Source of the DNA: Eledone cirrhosa
Taxonomy: Eukaryota
Length of the DNA stretch: 64,000 nucleotides
Assembly: GCA_964016885.1 (NCBI GenBank)
Contig: OZ024740.1
Span: 290,780,001-290,844,000, forward strand
Direction: 5' to 3'
A program made the position numbers and the translations under genes. This document shows, one piece after another, positions 43,780-56,500 of this stretch (positions are counted from its first letter, which is position 1; every line of letters starts with the position of its first letter). A model generated the notes under the pieces. That model ran no database searches, had not been told where the DNA came from, and saw only the letters and a list, made by a program, of their open reading frames with translations.

Positions 43780-46700
43780 TGGATCCCCAAATAAAAAACG
43801 GACACCCAAATAAAAAACGTATCCCCAAATAAAAAACTGACCTCCAAATAAAAAAAATGGACCCCCCCCCCCCCAAATAAATAACGGATCCCCAAATAAA
43901 AACGGATCCCCAAATAAAAGACGGATCCCCAAATAAAAACGGATCCCCAAATAAAAGACAAATCCCCATATAAAAACGGACCCCGACCCCCAAATAAAAA
44001 CGGATCCCCAAATAAAAGACAGATCCCCATATAAAAACGGACCCCCCCCAAAAAAAAAATCGGATTCCCAAATAAAAAACGGATCCTCAAATTAAAAACA
44101 GCCCCCCTCCCAAATAAAAAACGGATTCCCCCAAATAAATAACGGAGCCCAAATAAAAATTGGATTCCCAAATAAAAAACGGACCCCGCTTCCCCAATTA
44201 AAAAAGGATACCCCCCAATAAAAAACAGACCCCTAAATAAATAACGGACCCCTCCAAATAAAAATCAGATCCCTAAATAAAAAACGGACAACCAAATCAA
44301 AAACGGATCCTCCCAAATAAAAAACGGATGCCAAATAAAAAACGGACACCCAAATAAAAGACGGATCCCCATATAAAAAACGGAGCCCCACCCCTAATAC
44401 AAAACGGATCCCCCAATAAAAAACGGATCCCCCACCCCAAATAAAAAAGGACCTACCCCCCTCCCCTAATAAAAAACGGATCGTCAAATAAGAAACAGAT
44501 CCCCAAATAAAAAACGGATTCCCCCAAATAAAAAACGGATACAGAAAATTAAAAACGGACCCCCTCCCAAACAAAAAACGGACCGCCCCCCAATAGAAAA
44601 CGGACCCCCAAATAATTAACGGCCCCCTCCTAATAAAAAACCCATTCCCAAAATAAAAAACGGTCCTCCACCCCAAATAAAAAACGGATCAATCCCCAAA
44701 TAAAAAATGGATCCCCAAATAAAAAACGGATTCCCCCAAATAAAAAACGGATCCCCAAATTAAAAACGGACACCCTCCCAAATAAAAAACGGATCCCCCT
44801 TCAATAAAAAACGGATCCCCAAATAAAAAACGGACCCCCAAATAAAAAACGAATTCCCCCCAAATAAAAAACTGGCACCCCACCCCAAATAAATAACGGA
44901 GCCCAAATAAATATTGGATCACCAAATAAAAAACGGACACCCAAATAAAAAACGGATACCCAAATAAAAAATGGACCCCTAAATATAAAACGGAGACCCA
45001 AATAAACAACGGATCCCCCAAATAGAAAACGGATCCACCCCAAAAAACGGACATCAAAATAAAAGAAGGATCCCCATATAAGAAACGGACCCCCCAAAAA
45101 AATATCAAAAACGGATTTCCAAATAAAAAATAGATCCCCCACCCCAAATAAAAAACGGATCGATGCCCAAATAAAAAACGGGACCCACAATAAAAAACGG
45201 ATCCCACCATATAAACGGATAACCATATAAAAAACGGACCCCACCAAAATAAAAAACGGATCCCCCCACAAATAAAAAACGGACACCCAAATAAAAAAAA
45301 TGATTTCCCCCAAATAAATAACGGACCCCCTCCCAAATAAAAAACGGACCCCCAAATAAAAAACGGATTCACCCCAAATAAAAAACGGGCCCCCCAACCC
45401 AAATAAATAACGGAGCCCAAATAAAAAATGGATCCCCAATTAAAAAATGGACACCCAAATAAAAAACGGATCCCCAAATAAAAAACGGACAGCCAAATAA
45501 AAAACGGACCCCCCAAATAAAAAACGAACCCCCAAATAAAAAAATTGACCCCTAAATAAAAAACGGACACCCAAATAAAAAACGGGCACCCAAATAAAAA
45601 ACGAACACCCAAATAAAAGACGGATCCCCATATAAATAAATGACCCCCCCCCGCCCCGCCCCCCAAATAAAATATGGATTTCCAAGTAAAAAACGGATCC
45701 CCACCCCAAATAAAAAAAAGGTTCGATGCCCAAATAAAAAACGGAACCCCCCAATAAAAAACGGATCGCCCAAAATAAAAAACGGATACCCATATAAAAA
45801 ACGTACCCCCACCCCAAATAAAAAAGGGATCCCCCAATAAAAAACGGACCCCCCCCCCCCCCCAAATTAAAAACGGATACCCACCAATAGAAAACGGACC
45901 CCCAAATAAAAAACATCCCCCTCCAAATAAAAAACCCATTCCCAAATAAAAAACGGTCCTCCACCACAAATAAAAAACGGATCGATCCCCAAATAAAAAA
46001 TAGATCCCCAAATAAAAAACGGACACCCAAATAAAAAACGTATCCCCAAATAAAAAACTGACCTCCAAATAAAAAAAATGGACCCCCCCCCCCCAAATAA
46101 AAAACGTATCCCCAAATAAAAACGGATCCTCAAATAAAAGACGGATCCCCAAATAAAAACGGATCCCCAAATAAAAGACAAATCCCCATATAAAAACGGA
46201 CCCCGACGCCCAAATAAAAACGGATCCCCAAATAAAAGACAGATCCCCATATAAAAACGGACCCCCCCCCCAAAAAAAAAATCGGATTCCCAAATAAAAA
46301 ACGGATCCCCAAATTAAAAATGGCCCCCCTCCCAAATAAAAAACGGATTCCCCCAAATAAATAACGGAGCCCAAATAAAAATTGGATTCCCAAATAAAAA
46401 ACGGACCCCGCTTCCCCAATTAAAAAAGGATACCCCCCTCCAATAAAAAACAGACCCCTAAATAAATAACGGACCCCTCCAAATAAAAATCAGATCCCTA
46501 AATAAAAAACGGACAGCCAAATCAAAAACGGATCCTCCCAAATAAAAAATGGATGCCAAATAAAAAACGGATACCCAAATAAAAGACGGATCCCCATATA
46601 AAAAACGGAGCCCCACCCCTAATACAAAACGGATCCCCCAATAAAAAACGGATCCCCCACCCCAAATAAAAAACGGATCGATGCCCAAATGAAAAACGGA

Positions 46701-49660
46701 ACACCCAAATAAAAAACGGACACCCCCAAATAAAAAACGTAACGCCCAAATAAAACGGCCCCCCCCCCCAATAAAAAACAGGTCCCCAAATAAAAAAGGG
46801 AACCTCTCACCAAATAAGAACGGACCTACCCCCCTCCCCTAACAAAAAACGGATCGTCAAATAAGAAACAGATCCCCAAATAAAAAACGGATTCCCCCAA
46901 ATAAAAAACGGATACACAAAATTAAAAACGGACCCCCTCCCAAACAAAAAACGGACCGCCTCCCAATAGAAAACGGACCCCCAAATAATAAACGGCCCCC
47001 TCCTAATAAAAAACCCATTCCCAAAATAAAAAACGGTTCTCCACCCCAAATAAAAAACGGATCAATCCCCAAATAAAAAATGGATCCCCAAATAAAAAAC
47101 GGATTCCCCCAAATAAAAAACGGATCCCCAAATTAAAAACGGACACCCTCCCAAATAAAAAACGGATCCCCCTTCAATAAAAAACGGATCCCCAAATAAA
47201 AAACGGACCCCCAAATAAAAAACGGATCCCCTTCAATAAAAAACGGATCCCCAAATAAAAAACGGACCCCCAAATAAAAAACGAATTCCCCCCAAATAAA
47301 AAACTGGCACCCCACCCCAAATAAATAACGGAGCCCAAATAAATATTGGATCACCAAATAAAAAACGGACACCCAAATAAAAAACGGATACCCAAATAAA
47401 AAATGGACCCCTAAATATAAAACGGAGACCCAAATAAAAAACGGATCCCCCAAATAGAAAACGGATCCACCCCAAAAGACGGACATCAAAATAAAAGAAG
47501 GATCCCCATATAAAAAACGGACCCCCCAAAAAAAATATCAAAAACGGATTTCCAAATAAAAAACAGATCCCCCACCCCAAATAAAAAACGGATCGATGCC
47601 CAAATAAAAAACGGGACCCACAATAAAAAACGGATCCCACCATATAAACGGATAACCATATAAAAAACGGACCCCACCAAAATAAAAAACGGATCCCCCA
47701 CAAATAAAAAACGGACACCCAAATAAAAAAATGATTTCCCCCAAATAAATAACGGACCCCCTCCCAAATAAAAAACGGAGCCCCAAATAAAAAACGGATT
47801 CACCCCAAATAAAAAACGTGCCCCCCAACCCAAATAAATAACGGAGCCCAAATAAAAAATGGATCCCTAATTAAAAAATCGACACCCAAATAAAAACGGA
47901 TCCCCAAATAAAAAAAGGACAGCCAAATAAAAAACGGACCCCCCAAATAAAAAACGAACCCCCAAATAAAAAAATTGACCCCTAAATAAAAAACGGACAC
48001 CCAAATAAAAAACGGGCACCCAAATAAAAAACGGACACCCAAATAAAAGACGGATCCCCATATAAATAAATGACCCCCCCCCCCCCCAATAAAATATGGA
48101 TTTCCAAGTAAAAAACGGATCCCCACCCCAAATAAATAAAGGTTCGATGCCCAAATAAAAAACGGAACCCCCAAATAAAAAACGGATCGCCCAAAATAAA
48201 AAACGGATACCCATATAAAAAACGGACCCCCACCCCAAATAAAAAAGGGATCCCCCAATAAAAAACGGACCCCTCCCCCCAAAAAAAAAAATAAAAAACG
48301 GATACCCACCAATAGAAAACGGACCCCCAAATAAAAAACAGCTCCCTCCAAATAAAAAACCCATTCCCAAATAAAAAACGGTCCTCCACCCCAAATAAAA
48401 ACGGATCGATCCCCAAATAAAAAACGTATCCCCAAATAAAAAACTGACCTCCAAATAAAAAAAATGGACCCCCCCCCAAATAAAAAACGGATCCCCAAAT
48501 AAAAACGGATCCCCAAATAAAAGACGGATCCCCAAATAAAAACGGATCCCCAAATAAAAGACAAATCCCCATATAAAAACGGACCCCCCCCAAAAAAAAA
48601 AATCGGATTCCCAAAAAAAAACGGATCCCCAAATTAAAAACGGCCCCCCTCCCAAATAAAACACGGATTCCCCCAAATAAATAACGGAGCCCAAATAAAA
48701 ATTGGATTCCCAAATAAAAAACGGACCCCGCTTCCCCAATTAAAAAAGGATACCCCCCCCCCCCCCCCCCCAATAAAAAACAGACCCCTAAATAAATAAC
48801 GGACCCCTCCAAATAAAAATCAGATCCCTAAATAAAAAACGGACAGCCAAATCAAAAACGGATCCTCCCAAATAAAAAACGGATGCCAAATAAAAAACGG
48901 ACACCTAAATAAAAGACGGGTCCCCATATAAAAAACGGAGCCCCACCCCTAATACAAAACGGATCCCCCAATAAAAAACGGATCCCCCACCCCAAATAAA
49001 AAACGGATCGATGCCCAAATGAAAAACGGACACCCCCAAATAAAAAACGGAACGCCCAAATAAAACGGTCCCCCCCCCCAATAAAAAACAGGTCCCCAAA
49101 TAAAAAAGGGAACCTCTCACGAAATAAAAACGGACCTACCCCCTCCCCTAATAAAAAACGGATCGTCAAATAAGAAACAGATCCCCAAATAAAAAACGGA
49201 TTCCCCCAAATAAAAAACGGATTCCCCCAAATAAAAAACGGATACACAAAATTAAAAACGGACCCCTCCCAAACAAAAAACGGACCGCCCCCCAATAGAA
49301 AACGGATCCCCAAATAATAAACGGCCCCCTCCTAATAAAAAACCCATTCCCAAAATAAAAAACGGTCCTCCACCCCAAATAAAAAACGGATCAATCCCCA
49401 AATAAAAAATGGATCCCCAAATAAAAAACGGATTCCCCCAAATAAAAAACGGATCCCCAAATTAAAAACGGACACCCTCCCAAATAAAAAACGGATCCCC
49501 CTTCAATAAAAAACGGATCCCCAAATAAAAAACGGACCCCCAAATAAAAAACGGATCCCCCCTCAATAAAAAACGGATCCCCAAATAAAAAACGGACCCC
49601 CAAATAAAAAACGAATTCCCCCCAAATAAAAAAACTGGCACCCCACCCCAAATAAATAAC
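43780..49660 (+). repeat. ~2.3-kb tandem higher-order repeat, about 2.5 copies
   Basis: GGACCCCGCTTCCCCAATT near 44181, 46403 and 48723. Equivalent ORF starts at 44676, 47049 and 49378 (offsets 2373 and 2329). Confidence 0.82.
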
Positions 49661-52600
49661 GGAGCCCGAATAAAAATTGGATCCCCAAATAAAAAACGGA
49701 TCCCCAAATAAAAAACGGACACCCAAATCAAAAACGGACCCTCCAAATAAAAAATGGACCCCCAAATAAAAAAAATTGACCCCTAAATAAAAAACGTAGA
49801 CCCAAATAAAAAACGGACACCCAAATAAAAACGGATCCCCCCAAATTAAAACGGATCCCCAAATAAAATACGGACACCCAAATAAAAGAAGGATCCCCAT
49901 ATAAAAAAAGACCGCCCCCCAAAAAAATATCAAAAACGGATTTCCAAATAAAAAACGGATCCCCCACCCCAAATAAAAAACGGATCAATGCCCAAATAAA
50001 AACGGGACGCCCCAATAAAAAACGGATTCCCCCAAATAAACGTATACCCATATAAAAAACGGACCCCACCCAAATAAAAAACGGATCCCCCCCACAAATA
50101 AAAAACGGACACCAAAATAAAAAACGGATTTCCCACAAATAAATAACGGACCCCTCCAAAATAAAAAATGGACCCCCAAATAAAAAACGGATTCTCCCCA
50201 AATAAAAACTGGCACCCCAACCCAAATAAATAACGGAGCCCAAATAAAGATTGGATCACCAAATAAAAAACGGACACCCAAATAAAAAACGGATACCCAA
50301 ATAAAAAACGGATCCCCAAATAAAAAACGGACCCTCCATATAAAAAACGGACACCCAAATAAAAAAATGGACCCCTAAATATAAAACGGAGACCCAAATA
50401 AAAAACGGACACCCAAATAAAAAACGGATCCCCCCAAATAAAAAACGGATCCCCCCAAAAAAACGGACACCCAAATAAAAGAAGGATCCCCATATAAAAA
50501 CGGACACCCCTAAAAAAATATCAAAAACGGATTTCCAAATAAAGAACGGATCCCCCACCCCAAATAAAAAACGGATCGATGCCCAAATAAAAAACGGGCC
50601 CCCCCCCCCCATAAAAAACGGATCCCCCAAATAAACATATACCCATATAAAAAACGGACCCCACCGAAATAAAAAACGGATCCCCCCCCACAATTATAAA
50701 ACGGACACCCAAATAAAAAACGGATTTCCCCAAATAAATAACGGACCCCCTCCCAATTAAAAAACGGACCCCCAAATAAAAAACGGATTCCCCCCAAATA
50801 AAAAACGGGCCCGCCACCCCAAATAAATAAAGGAGCCCAAATAAAAAATGGATCCCCAAATAAAAAACGGACACCCAAATAAAAACGGATCCCCAAATAA
50901 AAACGGACACCCATATAAAAAACGGACCCTCCCTTCCCCAATTAAAAACGGACCCCCCCTCCTTCCCCAATAAAAAACGGCCCCCTCCAAATAAAAAACA
51001 GATCCCTAAATAAAAAACGGACACCCAAATAAAAAACGAATTCCCAAATAAAAAACGGATCCCCAATTAAAAAACGGACACCCAAATGAAAAATGGACGC
51101 CCAAATAAAACAAGCCCCCCCCCCCCCCACACACACACACACACACGCACACCAAATAAAAAACGGATCGCCAAATAAAAAAGGGACCCCGCCCCAATTA
51201 AAAAACGGACCCCCTCCCGAATAAAAAACGGATTCCCCCCAAATAAAAAACTGGCACCCCACCCCAAATAAATAACGGAGCACAAATAAAAATTGGATCC
51301 CCAAATAAAAAACGGACACCCAAATAAAAAACGGATCCCCAAATAAAAAACGGACACCCAAATAAAAAACGGACCCTCCAAATAAAAAATGTACCCCCAA
51401 ATTAAAAAAATTGACCCCTAAATAAAAAACGGAGACCCAAATAAAAAACGGACACCCAAATAATAAAACGGATCCCCCCAAATAAATACGGATCCCCAAA
51501 TAAAAAACGGACACCCAAATAAAAGAAGGATCCCCATATAAAAAAAGGACCGCCCACCAAAAAATATCAAAAACGGATTTCCAAATAAAAAACGGATCCC
51601 CCACCCCAAATAAAAAACGGATCGATGACCAAATAAAAAACGGGACGCCCCAATAAAAAACGGATTCCCCCAAATAAACGTATACCCATATAAAAAACGG
51701 ACCCCCACCCAAATAAAAACGGATCCCCCCCCACAAATAAAAAACGGACACCAAAATAAAAAACGGATTTCCCACAAATAAATAACGGACCCCTCCAAAA
51801 TAAAAAATGGACCCCCAAATAAAAAACGGATTCTCCCCAAATAAAAACTGGCACCCCAACCCAAATAAATAACGGAGCCCAAATAAAAATTGGATCACCA
51901 AATAAAAAACGGACACCCAAATAAAAATCGGATACCCAAATAAAAAACAGATCCCCAAATAAAAAACGGACCCTCCAAATAAAAAACGGATCCCCCCCCA
52001 AAAAACGGACACCCAAATAAAAACGGATCCCCAAATAAAAAACGGACCCCCAAATAAAAAACGGATTCCCCCAAATAAAAAACGGATCCCCAAATTAAAA
52101 ACGGACCCCCTCCCAAATAAAAAACGGATTCCCCCCAAATAAAAAACTGGCACCCCACCCCAAATAAATAACGGAGCCCAAATAAAAATTGGATCCCCAA
52201 ATAAAAAACGGACACCCAAATAAAAAACGGACCCTCCAAATAAAAAATGGACCCCCAAATAAAAAAAATTGACCCCTAAATAAAAAACGGAGACCCAAAT
52301 AAAAAACTGACACCCAAATAAAAAACGGACCCTCCAAATAAAAAATGGGCCCCCAAATTAAAAAAATTGACCCCTAAATAAAAAACGGAGACCCAAATAA
52401 AAAACGGAGACCCAAATAAAAACGGACACCCAAATAAAAAACGGATCCCCCCAAATAAAAAACGGATCCCCCCCAAAAAAACGGACACCCAAATAAAAGA
52501 AGGATCCCCATATAAAAACGGACACCCCTAAAAAAAATATCAAAAACGGATTTCCAAATAAAAAACGGATCCCCCACCCCAAATAAAAAACGGATCGATG

Positions 52601-53589
52601 CCCAAATAAAAAACGGACACCAAATGAAAAATGGACGCCCAAATAAAACAACCCCCCCCCCCCCCCACACACACACACACACACACACACCAAATAAAAA
52701 ACGGATCGCCAAATAAAAAACGGACCCCGCCCCAATTAAAAAACGGAACTCCCAAATAAAAACGGACAACCCCAAATAAAAAACGGATCCCCAAATAAAA
52801 AACGGATCCTCAAATAAAAACGGATCACCAAATAAAAAACGGACCCCCAAATAAAAAACGGATTCCCCCAAATAAAAAACGGATCCCCAAATTAAAAACG
52901 GACCCCCTCCCAAATAAAAAACGGATTCCCCCCAAATAAAAAACTGGCACCCCACCCCAAATAAATAACGGAGCCCAAATAAAAATTGGATCCCCAAATA
53001 AAAAACGGACACCCAAATAAAAAACGGATCCCCAAATAAAAAACGGACACCCAAATAAAAAACGGACCCTCCAAATAAAAAATGGACCCCCAAATAAAAA
53101 AAATTGACCCCTAAATAAAAAACGGAGACCCAAATAAAAAACGGACACCCAAATAAAAAACGGACCCTCCAAATAAAAAATGGGCCCCCAAATTAAAAAA
53201 ATTGACCCCTAAATAAAAAACGGAGACCCAAATAAAAAACGGAGACCCAAATAAAAACGGACACCCAAATAAAAAACGGATCCCCCCAAATAGAAAACGG
53301 ATCCCCCCAAAAAAAACGGACACCCAAATAAAAGAAGGATCCCCATATAAAGACGGACACCCCTAAAAAAAATATCAAAAACGGATTTCCAAATAAAAAA
53401 CGGATCCCCCACCCCAAATAAAAAACGGATCGATGCCCAAATAAAAAACGGGGCCTCCCCATAAAAAACGGATCCCCCAAATAAACATATACCCATATAA
53501 AAAACGGACCCCACCGAAATAAAAAACGTATCCCCCCCACAAATAAAAAACGGACACCCAAATAAAAAACGGATTTCCCCCAAATAAAT

Positions 53590-56500
53590 AACGGACCCCC
53601 TCCCAATTAAAAAACGGACCCCAAATAAAAAACGGATTCCCCCCAAATAAAATACGGGCCCCCCCACCCCAAATAAATAACGGAGCCCAAATAGAAAATG
53701 GATCCCCAAATAAAAAAACGACACCCAAATAAAAAATGGATCCCCAAATAAAAAACGGACACCTATATAAAAAACGGACCCCCCCTTCCCCAATTAAAAA
53801 CGGACCCCCCCTCCTTCCCCAATAAAAAACGGCCCCTCCAAATAAAAAACAGATCTCTAAATAAAAAACGGACACCCAAATAAAAAACGAATTCCCAAAT
53901 AAAAAACGGATCCCCAAATAAAAAACGGACACCAAATGAAAAATGGACGCCCAGATATAACCCCCCCCCCCACACACACACACACCAAATAAAAAACGGA
54001 TCGCCAAATAAAAAACGGATTCCCCCAAATAAAAAACGGATCCCCAAATTAAAAACGGACCCCCTCCCAAATAAAAAACGGATTCCCCCCAAATAAAAAA
54101 CTGGCACCCCACCCCAAATAAATAACGGAGCCCAAATAAAAATTGGATCCCCAAATAAAAAACGGACACCCAAATAAAAAACGGATCCCCAAATAAAAAA
54201 CGGACACCCAAATAAAAAACGGACCCTCCAATTAAAAAATGGACCCCCAAATAAAAAAAATTGACCCCTAAATAAAAAACGGATACCCAAATAAAAGAAG
54301 GATCCCCATATAAAGACGGACACCCCTAAAAAAAATATCAAAAACGGATTTCCAAATAAAAAACGGATCCCCCACCCCAAATAAAAAACGGATCGATGCC
54401 CAAATAAAAAACGGGGCCTCCCCATAAAAAACGGATCCCCCAAATAAACATATACCCATATAAAAAACGGACCCCACCGAAATAAAAAACGGATCCCCCC
54501 CCACAAATATAAAATGGACACCCAAATAAAAAACGGATTTCCCCAAATAAATAACGGACCCCCTCCCAATTAAAAAGCGGACCCCCAAATAAAAAACGGA
54601 TTCCCCCCAAATAAAAAACGGGCCCGCCACCCCAAATAAATAAAGGAGCCCAAATAAAAAATAGATCCCCAAATAAAAAACGGACACCCAAATAAAAACG
54701 GATCCCCAAATAAAAAACGGACACCCATATAAAAAACGGACCCTCCCTTCCCCAATTAAAAACGGACCCCCCTCCTTCCCCAATAAAAAACGGCCCCCTC
54801 CAAATAAAAAACAGATCCCTAAATAAAAAACGGACACCCAAATAAAAAACGAATTCCCAAATAAAAAACGGATCCCCAATTAAAAAACGGACACCCAAAT
54901 GAAAAATGGACGCCCAAATAAAACAAGCCCCCCCCCCCACACACACACACACGCACACCAAATAAAAAACGAATCGCCAAATAAAAAAGGGACCCCGCCC
55001 CAATTAAAAAACGGACCCCCTCCCGAATAAAAAACGGATTCCCCCCAAATAAAAAATTGGCACCCCACCCCAAATAAATAACGGAGCACAAATAAAAATT
55101 GGATCCCCAAATAAAAAACGGACACCCAAATAAAAAACGGATCCCCAAATAAAAAACGGACACCCAAATAAAAAACGGACCCTCCAAATAAAAAATGTAC
55201 CCCAAATTAAAAAAATTGACCCCTAAATAAAAAACGGAGACCCAAATAAAAAACGGACACCCAAATAATAAAACGGATCCCCCCAAATAAATACGTATCC
55301 CCAAATAAAAAACGGACACCCAAATAAAAGAAGGATCCCCATATAAAAAAAGGACCGCCCACCAAAAAATATCAAAAACGGATTTCCAAATAAAAAACGG
55401 ATCCCCCACCCCAAATAAAAAACGGATCGATGACCAAATAAAAAACGGGACGCCCCAATAAAAAACGGATTCCCCCAAATAAACGTATACCCATATAAAA
55501 AACGGACCCCCACCCAAATAAAAACGGATCCCCCCCCCACAAATAAAAAACGGACACCAAAATAAAAAACGGATTTCCCACAAATAAATAACGGACCCCT
55601 CCAAAATAAAAAATGGACCCCCAAATAAAAAACGGATTCTCCCCAAATAAAAACTGGCACCCCAACCCAAATAAATAACGGAGCCCAAATAAAAATTGGA
55701 TCACCAAATAAAAAACGGACACCCAAATAAAAATCGGATACCCAAATAAAAAACGGATCGATGCCCAAATAAAAAACGGACACCAAATGAAAAATGGACG
55801 CCCAAATAAAACAACCGCCCCCCCCCCCCACACACACACACACACACACCAAATAAAAAACGGATCGCCAAATAAAAAACGGACCCCGCCCCAATTAAAA
55901 AACGGAACTCCCAAATAAAAACGGACAACCCCAAATAAAAAACGGATCCCCAAATAAAAAACGGATCCTCAAATAAAAACGGATCCCCAAATAAAAAACG
56001 GACCCCCAAATAGAAAACGGATTCCCCCAAATAAAAAACGGATCCCCAAATTAAAAACGGACCCCCTCCCAAATAAAAAACGGATTCCCCCCAAATAAAA
56101 AACTGGCACCCCACCCCAAATAAATAACGGAGCCCAAATAAAAATTGGATCCCCAAATAAAAAACGGACACCCAAATAAAAAACGGATCCCCAAATAAAA
56201 AACGGACACCCAAATAAAAAACGGACCCTCCAAATAAAAAATGGGCCCCCAAATTAAAAAAATTGACCCCTAAATAAAAAACGGAGACCCAAATAAAAAA
56301 CGGAGACCTAAATAAAAACGGACACCCAAATAAAAAACGGATCCCCCCAAATAGAAAACGGATCCCCCCCAAAAAAACGGACACCCAAATAAAAGAAGGA
56401 TCCCCATATAAAGACGGACACCCCTAAAAAAAATATCAAAAACGGATTTCCAAATAAAAAACGGATCCCCCACCCCAAATAAAAAACGGATCGATGCCCA

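Noticed and set aside
2292-45840. Short plus-strand K/P/N-rich ORFs (2292..2519, 15773..15976, 16334..16564, 35210..35425, 39280..39480, 42310..42540, 42863..43063, 45640..45840)
   Set aside because: They are chance runs where the TAA of successive monomers falls out of frame, giving low-complexity translations of the repeat.
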